Assembly (NCBI GenBank): GCA_964187785.1
Contig: OZ076411.1
Span: forward strand, 44,268,001-44,332,000
Length of the DNA stretch: 64,000 nucleotides
Reading direction: 5' to 3'
From: Amphiscolops sp. MND2022
Lineage: Eukaryota
Part shown: piece by piece, positions 47,640 to 59,448 of the stretch
How positions within the stretch are numbered: position 1 is the first letter of the stretch
Layout: every line of letters begins with the position of its first letter
The notes under the pieces: model-generated
What the model was told of the DNA's origin: nothing
The model's input: the letters and a program-made list of their open reading frames with translations, nothing else
Databases searched by the model: none
Made by a program: the position numbers and the translations under genes

Positions 47640-48420
47640 ACCCTTTTAAATTCAGGCGTTGTTCCCTCGAAAAAAGCTGCTAAAAATTCATAGATCCCCC
47701 TAGCTGAAAACGTGATACCCAAATTCACTGATCTTTGTGAAACCCCGTCGGTCGAACATTGCCTTGTGGTGGTTATTGCTTCCTCTCTAAGCTGTTTTTT
47801 TTGGAAAAACAACCCCGAGGAGGTAAACGCAAAGGTCATCACTGAGTGCAATTATCAACAAGCGTAATCGCGATGGCATTAGAAACAAAACCAAAACGCG
47901 GCAGAAAAGCGCAACAGAAAAGCAAGTTAGATCGAAGACTGCGTTCCATCTGCACTAAATTAAACGAAGGTAAAGGCCGGAATCAGAATGGCAGTAGGCA
48001 ACGACAAGATTGCAGATTTGACGGTCAACAACTACGCGGCCCTCAAGTTGAAACATCCGCAGAGGGAAACTGGCTCTGTTCCGGACCCCACAGATCTCGA
48101 TTATTTTTCAACTTCTGAGTTCTTCGTCCACAAGACTTCTATGTCCTCTCTCAACGGCTCTAGTGCATGTTTGGATGGCTTTTTGCCCCAAGTTTTGAAA
48201 AAAGTGACTGTCGAGTCGAACGGGCAAACTGGACGGAATTCTGTCAGTGCCTTAACAATTTTTGTGAAAGGAGAAGTACCTTTCGAAATGCGGCCGTTCC
48301 TCTTCGGTGCGCAACTAATTGCGCTAAAAAAAGCCCGATGAAGGACTTCGATTTAAAGCTGTAGGCAATACTCTCCTCCGGTTGTCCGCAAAATGTGCCG
48401 GATATCATATTTTCGAATAA
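47640..48420 (+). mobile_element. CRE-clade non-LTR retrotransposon fragment (pre-RT and RT N-terminus)
   Basis: QPRGGKRK, LKLKHP, GSSACLDGFLPQVLK, GEVPFEMRPFLFGAQLIALKK...AVGNTLLRLSAKCA match the CRE RT entry motifs. Confidence 0.75.
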
Positions 48421-51400
48421 AGAAGATTTGTGGCGACAGAACCATTCTTAGGGATGGTGCGTTTCTGAAATTGAGAAGACTTGCGAGCTGCCACTAACTT
48501 CGCCTGAATGTAACCTTTTCATGAAATTGAGCTTTGGACATAAATACTTAAGTCTTTGATGCAGTTGACAATAGGACTTTCATTTCCATCCAACATGACA
48601 GTTACACTTGAATTATTTCGCCCATCAAAGTAGAGACTTTTGCATTCATCAATATTGAAATACATGAGATTTCCGGTAGCCCAATTCTGAATGTTGACAA
48701 TGTCATGTTGTAGGTCAAGAATGGATCGAGATAGTAAATTGCTATCATGAGCGAACAGGTAACATGACGATTTTGTGATAATATCGGATAGGTTGTTGAT
48801 AAAAATGATAAAAAAGAGGTTACTTTTGACAACTGTGATAGAACACCGTTGACGGAAAGCTGGAACCTTGAGGGGAGATATGATTGGAAACATTCGAGGA
48901 AATCACTATCGAATCCAACGTTAGCTAAATTGTGAAGGAGAAGGTGACGAGGGACAATATCAAAAGTTTTCCGAAAATCAAAATAGACAGCATAGCTCGG
49001 AATGTTTGAGTCCTTTCGATTATAGAACTCTTCTAAAAAATCGAGAAGCTGTGTTACTGTCGACCGTTTTCTCATGAAACCGTGTTGTTCGGTACAAACT
49101 TTTTCCCTCACATGGGATAAGATAGCGAAAGAGTAGCTTCTCGAGTATAATTGACACCTGAGGCAAAACACTGATAGGTCGATAAATTTCGACACTTTCT
49201 GGACCATCTGATTTGTATTTTGGTGTTATCGTTGAACACTTCCAGAGACTTAGCCACTCTTTGGTTTGATAATCTTTTCAAATAACTGTGTGACTAATAG
49301 CGCTAATATATCTGGGCAGCGGTTGAGGAAACGTTTGTGGTTGGATCGGAGCTTTTACAGCTAGTTGAGGCCTTTAACAACAGTTCCGGAACTTCATAAG
49401 TGTTAATTTCGAAGTTGCACAAAACGATTTCAGGGTTTTGAGGATTAGGCAATGATGTAGAGAGACTCGTTACATAGATTGAGCAGAAGAAAGTGTTCAA
49501 GAGATTTGCTATTGTATTGATCGATTAAGCTGATAAGTTTTGCCAATGCATTCGGTACGGTAACAGATTTGAAGAGAAGGACCGAAGATATTTAAAACAT
49601 GTACGCGTTGAATGTGGGGAAAGGCTGTCGATAAGAAGGGTCTTGTCTAGCTCAATAGACTGGTTGGCATCTTCACGGAGTTTTGAGGTATATTCAAGTT
49701 TATAGTTGTTTTTGACGGCAGTACGTGTCTTGTTCAGCAAGTGGATTGTATAGGAACAGTAGTGAAAGGGAAACTGCATCCGGCGAGAGTTTTTCATGGA
49801 GCAGGTTTGAACGCAGGCATCGAAAATGGTTCTGTGCCATAGCTCAAAATATTCTTCCAGAATTTGTCCGAATTGGAACGAGACAAGAGTGTGTGAAACT
49901 TTGGAGAGAGGCTTTCATTGAAATGTGTTTTTGAGAAAGAAGACATTGAAAAATTGGAAACACCTTCAGTATTAGGTTCAGTCAGGGCTGATGGAATAAT
50001 GAACAGAGCGAACAAAATATAATTGTCTGAGTAAAAGTTCCCATCCACGAACACTGTATACAGTTCCGGAGAGGTAGACAGAATAACATCTAGAGTGTTT
50101 CCCGATATATGCGTAAATTTAAACACAAGTGGCTACATATTAGGACTCTCCGCATTAGCTAGTAAGGCGCCAGATTAATCAGATTTGGCGGTGATAGTTG
50201 CCCAACAAACGTCTTCAAGATTCAGATCACCCAACAAATTGAAAGAATTAGTGGGTTGGTCTTGGAAATGTTTATGACAGGTAGTAATGCTTGCGCTGAG
50301 TCCGTCTGCTTAGAATCTGTAGGTATATTTGGACGGAGGGTTGTAAATCAACAAGAACAAGTGGGAGCTTTGTATAGCTAGGAAAGAGATTGCAACAGAG
50401 TTCGTTGAGGGTTTCAACTTGAAAGTAGTTCAAAGCAAAGGTTGTTTCACAGCAATAAGGACACCACCGTGTTCTCTATTGACACGATCTTGTCCAGCAA
50501 GGACGCCATATTTGGTCCTCAAAGGAAGTACTTCTGACTTAGAAATGCATCTGTACAACCACGTCTTTGTTCAAAAAAGAATATCGGGTGAAAGCAGGAT
50601 CAAAAGCTTGAGGATTTTCAGGCGTTGTTGTAAACTTTTCCGAATTTGCACATTAACAAGGCTTGCTTTCAATTGATGTCATTTCTGGAATTCAACATTA
50701 TCACTATTTTTCAGAGCTTTCAGCCCTGATATGAAGCTCTTCACGGGAGAAACCCTCACTGATCAGCTGATAGCGCTTTTCAAGAAGTTTGCGTTTAGTG
50801 GCCTGGTCATCTTTAGTGATTTGAAAATGATGATTTTGGATGGGTAATTCTTTAGTTTTTGGCTCTTGATAAGCATTTTCTCATGTCCCATTCTGAATAA
50901 AAGCGGCCGAAAAAGGGCCTTGGTTGGGTTGATTCTTTCTTGTACATCCCGAGTCCTCGTGTATTTTTGATGTTGTAATGGGATGTATCAAAGTATTTCA
51001 GAACTTATTGTAGTTTGTTATTATCTGCCTCAATAAGTCTCTGCGCCTCACCTTTTTCCTCCATAAGACCAGTTATATAATTTTTTTTAGAAAATAGACT
51101 CTAAATTTCGTGACTTTGCCCGGGTCCTAAAGGTCTTTAGAGTGGCTTTCATTTCATCAAGGGTGTTTTGAATGTTTTTCATGGTCTTTTTCACTGTTCA
51201 ATTTGTAATCACAGAAGACTATTAGCTTCGGAATAGAAGACGTTGTCGTCGAGGCAGCCATTACCCAACCAGAGACAACCACTGATTCTTCACAGAGTGG
51301 TGACATCGTGCTCGGAAAGACCAACATATGTACAATGTGTCGTGAGGGAAAGACTACTTGCAGGAAGTTTCCAATTGATGAGCAATCATATTAGGCATAC

Positions 51401-54400
51401 CTAAGACAATTAGGCTAACATAAACAACACAACGAAAGTATGTACCAATAATAATAACTTCATATATATTACATTCATAACACTCCTTCCCGCTGCGAAC
51501 GTCTCTAGTTCCTCACCAACACAAAATCGCCCAGGTATGTAGGCGGTTTTGTGTTCCTTGCCGAGCGTCGCAATGTGGAAGCAAGAGAAACCGGACTAGC
51601 TTGAGATTCCTTTCTGGTTCTACAGGTTCAGGTGGCTCACACTGGGTTCCGATGTCGGAGTCTACGTTAGTCTCTGCACTGTTCGCATGGTTGCGAGATC
51701 GTTCCTTCGTTGTCATCCCGCGGTCGTCGAGAGAAGTCACTGGTAAAAACCGTGTCAACGCGCCCATCGCCAAAGGAGACTCGTGCAAGGTGAGGGGAGA
51801 TTACTTCGGGTATCTGTACAGGAACAACTGGAGCTTGGTCTTTTGCCCTTACGAATTTCCGGAGGTAAGCGGAAGTGTCTGTCTTGAGTCAAGGTGCGCT
51901 CCTGAAGGGACGGATCAGTGGCTCACCGCGCTTGAAACAAAAGAAGCGGTCATCTGGACTCTTCTTGGTGACGGTATTGATGAGTGTCAGTATCGATAAG
52001 CGCCGAAGTAGGACACTTTCCTGGTCAGAGAGTGGGCGGTTTGCGGAATGTAACAAGCACTGAACGGTTTTCCACACAATTCGGTAGTAGCGTTCCTTTT
52101 GGCCATTGCCTTGAGGATGGTACGGCGTAGTGTTGGAAGTCGCAATTCCATTTTAGCGGCAGAAGTTTTGGAACTCCGATGAAACGAACCGCGTCGCCCG
52201 GTCGGAGTGGATGAACCCGGGGTTCCGAAGATGACAAAAAGTGTCAAACGACAATTAATGACGTTATTAGACGTGAAGTTCCGGAGAGGTAAGGTGACCG
52301 GAAATCTACTAAACTCATCCACCACTGTAAGAATGTTTTCGTTTTTGCTTCGAGTTATTGGTTTAGGGGCAAAAATGTCTATTGATAGTCGCTCCCAGGT
52401 TTGGAGGACCGGATAAGATCGCTGCCGGGCGGCCGCAAAAAGTGCGGTTTCTATAGAGCGCACGGTTTGCAGTTCTCAGTAACCCTTTTTGCCTCATCTA
52501 GAGAGATTGGGACTTTGTATCGTTGATTGTACTCGTACAATCGGGAAACTCCCGGATGTGCAAGTGTCTCGTGTAAGGTTTTACAGCTGAGCTGTATGGT
52601 CGCTAATCGAGACAAGGCGTCAGCTGGCATGTTCTGAGCACCCTTCTGATAACTTATTTCGGAGTCGTATTTCAATAGTTCCAAACGCCAGCGAATCAAC
52701 TTGTCAGTTTTTACTTTGGATGAGTTGGGTTCAAATAGCAAAGAGAGCGCCTATTGGTCGGTGCGAACCAAAACTCGTGACGTACGTAGGAGGTCCGAGA
52801 AACGGCGAAAGCCTTCCAATATAGCCATAGCTTCCCGTTTGACAACCGAGAACGCCATTTCACTATGTTTCAAAGTTCTCGAGAAGAAGCCGATAGGTTT
52901 GTCGCCCTGATTGAGTGTCGCTCCGATACCTGTTCCAGACGCGTCGGTTTGGAGAACGAGTCTCGTTTGCCCGAGAAGACAGAATAAAGCGGAGGCAACT
53001 TCCTTCTTGAGAGTTGTGATAGCCAGTCGAGATGCTTGATTGAGCAGAAAGGCAAGTTGTTTCTGTGCTGCGAGAAGAAGAGCAACCTTATTTGAGTAAT
53101 CTGCAACCCACTTTGCGCTGTACGCGAAGAATCCAAGAAAACGTTTCAACTGGGACGAGTTTTCGGAGATAGGGAAATCCATCAGAGTCTTGATTCGGCT
53201 CGGATCAGGGCGTTTAGATCCTGCTCCTACGATGTGACCAAGCATTGGCACTGGCTTGGTTTTGTTCAGCGTCAGACCTTCAATCTCGGTCGCTTTTAAG
53301 AAGTTCTTCAGGTTTTCTTGGTGTTCTTCCTCGGATCTGCTACGGGTGATCACATCATCAAGATATAGTAGCGCTTGTTTCAGGTTGTGCCTGCGCACAA
53401 ATGCTGTCATTTCTCTTTGAAATGCCGCTACAGCGTTTGTGACACCAAAGGGAAGTCTGGTGAACTCAGAAAGACGTCCGTTTACTCCGAACGCAGTGAA
53501 TGGCATGGTGTTGCGATGGAGTGGTATTTGATGATCCGCAGATTTCAAATCGATTTTCGAAAAAACAGTGTTCTGAACTGTTTGATCAAACAAGTCTTGC
53601 ATATTTGGGAAAGAAAACGCATGCTTGGACGTATGAAGATATATTGTCTGCGGATAGTTGATAACCATCCGTGGCTTGGGGCCGTCCCTAACGACAGAGG
53701 CTTGTGCCCGCCAGGGAGACGTTGAAACTTGAATAATGCCATCAGTGAGCATGCGGGTAACTTCGGACTCCATAAAGCGATATCTTGCAGTTTGTGGCAG
53801 CGCGATTTTGTAGCGATCAGTTTCGCACCATAGACTGAACAGAAATTTTTGGTCGGAGGGGCGATTTTCATTTCCGGGAAGACCATTTCCTTGATTCCGG
53901 CTCAAATATCATTCTCTGGTCGATCACCATCTATATCCAGTCTGACAGAGTGTTGTTGTCGGAGAACGTCAAGTCCGAGAATAACATCCGCAACAAGGTG
54001 TTTTGCAACAGTGAAGGTAACTTCGTAGGTCCTTTGGTTTATCCAATTTTCCCTTGAGCGGTACCTGACGTAACCAGGGAGTCGCCATTTGCCACGTCAG
54101 TCACCTTGCGTTTCGCTCGGACCTTCAGACCATATTGGCAGCTGTTGAGGCGCTGATAAAAGAGCGCGAGGACCCGGTAGCAACCATCGCTTGATCTGGT
54201 TCATTGCGTCCGGCAAATTTGAGGCTAACTTTCAATTTGGCAAGTGACTGGCCAGTACTACACGAAACAGCGGCAGTCTCGAGTTCGTCATCACAATACT
54301 GTTGCAAGACGGCAGCAGTCGATCTACATCCCGACGCCCAGTGTCCTGCTTTGGAGCAATTGTGGAAAGTGTCCTTTTTGGCGGGGCACTTCGAGCGTGG

Positions 54401-55052
54401 GTGCTGTTTTAGACAGCAGAACTGACAGCGCGGACGGGTCTTGTTCGCAACCTGATGGGCAGCGGATGTGCCAGGTCGATCAGGTTGTCGCCGGGTTGTC
54501 CGAGAGAACGGCTTGGCCGCAGCTACAGTTGAAGATTCAGCGCTCCCAAAAGATTTCGAAAAGTCACTGGATAGTTCGATAGCACATGCAAGCGACATGC
54601 AGCTATCGTTGTCGGCCTTTGATTCTTCAAGCTCCAACAGTTTTGCCCGATTGTCGTCTGACCTGAGCCCTGATATTAAGGGGTCTCGTAGTAATTTTTA
54701 TGTGCTTGAATGGTCAGACTCGTTTTAGTCTTCCAGAAAACTGTACGATGGATTCATTGTGCCTTTGGCTGGCACTGAGCATTTGATTACGGGCAAAAAG
54801 CACCCTCGTGGGCTTGGCTTTAAAAACTGCCTGTCCAACGTTCTCAGTGCGTCTGCAAAGGTTGCAGAACTTTTGAGGAGGATGAAATAGTCGGAGTCGA
54901 CAAATGTACGAAGGAAAACTAATTTGTCAGCATCTTCGGTTGTGCCGTTGATACATTTCTGCCACCATTTCCAATTCGCAGGAGAAGGGTTTGATGGCAT
55001 GTCGGGTGGCTTGAACTTCACGAGAGACAAAAGAAGGAATACAGCGCATCGA

Positions 55053-55236
55053 CAATTGCTACGAGGAACATAAGAAAGTACCGTAGTAGCAGAATGGACA
55101 ATAGCTACGAGGAACTTAAGAAAGTACCGTATCAGCTGAATAGACGATAGCTACGAGGAATTTAAGGAAGTACCCTAGTAGCAGAAAGGACAACAGCTAC
55201 GAGGAATTTAAGGAAGTACCTTAGCAGCAGAATAGT
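55053..55236. repeat. Tandem array, 4 x 46 bp, between the SGNH-like ORF and gag
   Basis: Unit starts at 55053, 55099, 55145 and 55191; core GCTACGAGGAA.TTAAG.AAGTACC.TAG.AGC.GAA. Confidence 0.9.
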
Positions 55237-55283
55237 GAAGTCGTTTACCTGAAGACAGGTTGCGTGGCTTAGCGCGGGCAGGT

Positions 55284-55833
55284 TCAATGACCCCGACGGC
55301 ACTCGTATGTTTGGAGGTGACCTCGTTTGTCGATCTGGGGGCAGAAGGCTTTCCGAAGCACTCGAGTCTTTAAGATAGACCGAATTCCACTGATGGTTTT
55401 TGGCTCGAGGTGGATGTCATCTCTGGTAGTATGCTTTCGATGCTGTAGATGCTTCGGGATGTGCCTCTGTGAAGCCACCTGTGATCGTTGTCGCTTTTAG
55501 GAGTCGATATAAAATCTTGGAAAGGTGAAGGATGTTTAGCCGGGGAGGAGCCGCGATGACGAAGATTCTGAGTGCGACTTCAGAGGCTGCCACAGCAAGG
55601 TCGGAGATGTTCCTGGCAAAAGTTTTAGTGTTGCCGGTTGTTGAGTCGTTGCCTCCGACGAGGAGCACGATCAAATCATACTGTCACTTTGCAGGTAAGA
55701 AGGGTCTCACGTCTTCAACTTGTTAATCTAGTAGGACGAGGATATTGAAGTTAGGGAACATCAGGTTCCTTCCTTGTGAATCCGTGATAATGAGATTACG
55801 CGTGGGCGAGGTCTTGAAGAGGTGATAACACAT
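55284..55833 (-). pseudogene. SGNH/GDSL-hydrolase-like ORF (two in-frame stops, one frameshift)
   Basis: From ATG at 55833: LIITDSQGRNL (block I-like) ... YDLIVLLVGGNDS (block III) ... and in a shifted frame RDDIHL (block V DxxH). Confidence 0.7.
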
Positions 55834-56004
55834 GAGGTATTATCATATTGAACTGTCGTGATGGATTATCAAACTTAATTGTCGTGAGGGAAAACACTAC
55901 TTGCGGGAAGTTTCTATTTGATAAGCATTCATCTGAAGCATACATACAACACTTAGGCTAACATAAGTAACACAACGACATTATATACCAGTAATATTAA
56001 CTAC

Positions 56005-56352
56005 GGGTTGCTGTAAACAGGTCGAGTTTTCTGGTCGAAAGGACAGAGGTCGAACCTTTTGATCGAATCGCAGGGTTCGAATGGAATGCGGTCGAATTTT
56101 ATCGTATTTGTTGTATGGCTCGGTCGCTTCGCTCCTTTCGCCAAGTAGCGATATTGAGGCATGGTCATATGGCACGTCGCTCCGCTTCGCTTCGCTCCTG
56201 CATTCAGGGCACTAGGGGTATGTGAACATATCTGACTACGTTATTGAAAATTCGATCCGAGTTCTTTCGATCCCATTCAAAAATTTGGTAGGTCGACCTG
56301 AGGACTAACTCTGATTTTCGATTCCGTTCCTTCGACCTACTTCCGGCCACCC
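56005..56352 (-). mobile_element. MITE family M, copy 2, carrying cassette C (56104-56244); inserted in the Gypsy 5' LTR
   Basis: TIRs GGGTTGCTGTAAACAGGTCGA / TCGACCTACTTCCGGCCACCC; TSD ATTAACTAC/AATAACTAC (8/9). The other LTR shows the empty site. Confidence 0.85.
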
Positions 56353-56510
56353 AATAACTACATATATATTACATTCATAACACCATGATACCAAGTAGAA
56401 CAGTTGTCACTTGGTATGCCAGTTTTGTCAACTTCTCTCACGACCTTCTTGCAACTTCCGCACTTGGAGTCTGAGGTTGATGTCGTCTTGGTTACCTTCA
56501 CAACCGGAAA

Positions 56511-56543
56511 CTATTTAATACGTTTATCACAACAATTAGGCTT
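56511..56543 (-). other. Second copy of the 33-nt spliced-leader-like sequence, at the 5' end of a different LINE
   Basis: Identical to 5269-5301; followed on the minus strand by the PHD-type ORF1 of the LINE. Confidence 0.55.
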
Positions 56544-56757
56544 TTGTTTACAAGGGACGGTTTACACGGTAAATGGTCACTTGGCTTAATGCCATTTGGC
56601 TTATAATCATTTGGCTTAATACAATTGGTCACTTGGCTTATTTTTTTAAGCTAAGTGTCTCGGGTATTGGTCACTTGGCTTAAAATCACTTGACTTAAAA
56701 CCACTTAGTTGAAACACGTGGCAGATTTTGTCGAATTTACCTTTATAACGTAGTCAG

Positions 56758-57490
56758 CGTATTATTATTATTAATAATAATAATAATATTAATAATAAAA
56801 GTTTTATCCATAGACGAAAGTGTGTTGAGCCCTCAAGTTCGCTCATCTTTTCGCCTTTTTCAATGAGAATTCAAAACTCTCCAAGTCTTCTTGTCGTCAT
56901 AGTCGTAATAAATTGCGAAACACTTCTGATAATACACAGTTAGTTCTGCTTTTAAATTGCTCGAATAAATGCTGACTTTCTTGCCAATGATCGAATATAG
57001 TTGTACGACACGGTACCAAAAGTTTCCTTTGCTTACGGATAAATTAGTCATCTGGTTGTAAAAATTATCTTGAAGATTTTCGTGATTTGTAGATCTTGTT
57101 GGTCTTTTCCCTTGAATTGTAGCCAATTTCCCTTGAATTCTTGCCAATCAATTTGATATTCTCCTCTAATTATATTCCCAAATAGTAAAAGGTCATGGAG
57201 CTCCATATACAAGGAGATAGGTAGCAACCCAAGTCTCACCAATCGACTTTTATAACCATTTAGCCCATGGGAGCAGAGCTCCACTTTGTAGCTCGTTTTT
57301 GGAATATTTCCAAGTTTGCCAGAGAAGTTGAACTTGCGTAACATACCTGCATTCCGTACGTTAAAATTGGTACTAAATAACTTTTGAACAGATTAAGCTT
57401 TGTTGATAGAGTAGTCACACTTGAGACGTTTCGTTTGATCATGAAAAACGCTGCGTAAGCTTTATTACATCTCCTTTTTCAATGCTCGGT
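56758..57490 (-). mobile_element. 5'-truncated LINE 3' fragment with (TTA)n-rich tail
   Basis: KLNLFKSYLVPILTYG...LEIFQKRATKW, LLPISLYMELHDLLLF, NFWYRVVQL..., then a (TTA/ATT)n tail at 56758-56800. Confidence 0.8.
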
Positions 57491-57502
57491 CCAGTGCAGC
57501 CC

Positions 57503-57675
57503 CTCGGATATGTCCCCATTTCCTCTTGGGGCCGCTTATATTCCCATCTTGCTAAGCGAGGTCGAACAGGAGCAAAGACCTAGCGGGAACGAAGATCGCG
57601 AAGCGATCGTAGTGGGAGCTGGTTTTTGCGACGGTGAGGGCGAGCGTGCATACACCGCATATGCCCCATATTATG
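57503..57675 (+). repeat. Cassette B, copy 4 (left half of hairpin deleted)
   Basis: CTCGGATATGTCCCCATTTCCTC|TTGGGGCCGCTTATATTCCC...; otherwise matches copy 5. Confidence 0.85.
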
Positions 57676-57774
57676 ATATCCCGGGAGTTGACATATTTAT
57701 TCCTTGAGTTGGAATGGAGTTGGCTTAACTTTGACTAAACTTTGAGCTAAACCAAATGACTCGACAATAAAATT

Positions 57775-58753
57775 GGGTGGCTGTAAATAGGTCGAATTTT
57801 TCTGGTCGAAAGGACAGAGATCGAACCTTTTGATCGAATTGCAGGGATCGAATGGAATGCGGTCGAATTTTATCGTTTTTGTTGTATGACTCGGTCGCTT
57901 TGCTCCCTTCGCCAAGTAGCAACATTGAGGCATGGCCATATGGCACGTCGCTCCGCTTTGCTCCTGCATTCAGGACACTAGGGGTATGTGAACATATCTG
58001 ACTACGTTAAAAAATTTAGATCCGAGTTGTTTCGATCCCATTCAAAATTTTGGTATGTCGACCTGAGGGACTGTCATAATAGGTCTGAAAGAATAGGTCC
58101 GAGTTTTTTAGTCCGACCATAAGTCCGAAAGAATAAGTCCGAATCGAATAAGACCGAAAACTGACCGACTGATTAAGTTCGAACGTGCGATTTTTTGGAA
58201 ATAGTTCGAATTTGTCAAATGGCAGAGACTTTTAGTTTATATAATGTGGGGCATATGCGATGTATGCACGCTCGCCCTCACCGTCGCAAAGACCAGCTCC
58301 CACTACGATCGCTTCGCGATCTCCGTTCCCGCTAGGTCTTTGCTCCTGTTCGACCTCGCTTAGCAAGATGGGAATATAAGCGGCCCCAAGGGGCCGCGGG
58401 GCACTAGAGGAAATGGGGAAATATCAGAGGCACGTTTTGTACTTAAAAAAACCGCGTTAAATTTCGTCCATTCTGCAAAAAATCGCATTAAATTTCGTTA
58501 GTTTTTCATAACAATTGACTATTTTTTCATAAAAAACCGATTCGGACTTCGTTAGGTTTAAGTCATTCGTATTTCTTCCATTTTGCATTCCAGTCGAACT
58601 TATTCTTTCTGACTTATAGCCTTGTTGAAATAGTCGGACTTCTTACTTCTTTCTTGCAATTCGGTCATCGGCATTCGGACCTATTCGCCGCACCCGACCT
58701 GAGGACTAACTCTGAGTTTCGATCCCGTTCCTTCGACCTACTTCCGCTCACCC
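57775..58753 (-). mobile_element. MITE family M, copy 3, carrying cassette C (57880-58008) and a nested MITE
   Basis: TIRs GGGTGGCTGTAAATAGGTCGAA / TTCGACCTACTTCCGCTCACCC; TSD AATAAAATT/GAAAAAATT (7/9). Confidence 0.8.
58069..58695. mobile_element. Nested MITE with AATA(A/G)GTCCGAA subrepeat arms, carrying cassette B copy 5 (58243-58443, minus strand)
   Basis: GACCTGAGG is duplicated on both sides (58060-58068 and 58696-58704; 8 vs 9 bp ambiguous), and the uninterrupted site GTCGACCTGAGGACTAAC is seen at ~56293. Ends ...TTCGGACCTATTCGCCGCACCC. Confidence 0.8.
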
Positions 58754-58796
58754 GAAAAAATTAAGCCAAATGGTATTGAGCCAAGTGACTGGTAAC

Positions 58797-59310
58797 CGTT
58801 TACGCGGTCTTTGTTGCTACTGGTCGCTTCTCACGTCATACTGCTCTCAATTCTCTCATAAAGCAGACGTTGGGACCTCTCGGCTTGCCTTCAATGCTGG
58901 AACCGCGTGGACTGTATCGAACAGATGGCGAACGCCCGGACGGTGTTACCATGATTCCTTGGGAAATGGGTAAGTAGCTGGTGTGGGATGTCACGCTTGT
59001 GGATGCTCTTGCACTCAACCGCCTGAATCATGGCTCCTTATGCAACCCGGGAACCACCTCCACCGAGGCTGAAGCGCGTAAAATTGAGAAGTATCACGAA
59101 TTGATAGACAATGGATACATTTTTCAACCTGTGGCCATGGAAGTATAGGGTTCTTTAGGCGAGAGCAGTGAAATTTTCATCACGCGTCTCTAAAATGCTG
59201 TCGTTCTCTCGACGATAAACGAGCTGGCAGCTTTTTGAAGCAACGGATTTCAATGGCTCTTCAGATCGGCAATGCGGCCTGTGTTCTAGGAACTGTGAGC
59301 GACAGTGATG
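58797..59310 (+). mobile_element. CRE-clade 3' fragment (zinc-knuckle end and restriction-like endonuclease), paralogue of 446-990
   Basis: Long near-identity to 455-950, with additional stops and small deletions. Confidence 0.85.
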
Positions 59311-59448
59311 CCCGATAGTGAAAAAAAACTTTGGAAGGTGTTTGTTTGTTTTTCCCTAACAATTCTGTTGTCTGCCTAATCTAATCATGATTGTCTCGAG
59401 TTTGATGAAATGAGTTTTGAAAGTGTCTTGACATTTTTCAGTCTCGCA

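Larger units (their letters stand above)
51338..56382 (-). mobile_element. Degenerate full-length Ty3/Gypsy element with ~145-bp LTRs and an extra SGNH-like ORF upstream of gag
   Basis: LTRs TGTTATGAATG...CCTCACGACA at 51338-51482 and 55880-56382 (the latter interrupted by a MITE). TSD CAATG/CCATG (1 mismatch). PPT GCGGGAAGGAG at 51483-51493. Coding: knuckles CQFC..QHPRSKC and HNCSKAGHWASGC; RT FSKIDLKSA and LYLDD; RH QTDASG; IN AHPG..CKPC, LSIDIF, VDEFSRFP. Confidence 0.9.
48520..56543 (-). mobile_element. CR1/L2-like LINE (5' end at 56543, PHD ORF1, APE, RT), split by the Gypsy element at 51338-56382; 3' end lost
   Basis: PHD CGSCKKVV...DNCSTWYH|GTYVGLS...LW..NGCL is rejoined when the Gypsy element and one TSD copy are removed. 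APE: ETKTWL, HGGVLIAVK, GNTLDVILS. RT: EQHGFMRKRSTVTQLL, VYFDFRKTFD, YLFAHDSNL, IKDLSIYV. Confidence 0.85.
56554..58797. mobile_element. Probable foldback element with GTCACTTGGCTTA/TAAGCCAA subrepeat arms, now filled with a LINE fragment, cassette B and nested MITEs
   Basis: Left arm at 56554-56715 (TTGGCTTA units). Inverse units at ~57740-57760 and 58762-58790 lie on both sides of the MITE at 57775. No TSD seen. Confidence 0.5.

Noticed and set aside
55084-55096. TAGTAGCAGAA in the 46-bp units as an iMet PBS
   Set aside because: It is on the opposite strand to the element and ~800 bp from the LTR.
58381-58410. Cassette B end as a classic Helitron 3' terminus (hairpin + CTAG)
   Set aside because: About 30 conserved bases continue past CTAG in all copies and cassette C has the CTAG without the hairpin; kept only as an unclassified, possibly Helentron-like repeat.
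58243-58443. Cassettes B and C as tRNA-derived SINEs or tRNA genes
   Set aside because: No convincing A box/B box pair (GTTCGACCT is imperfect), no cloverleaf, and no A-rich or simple-repeat tail.
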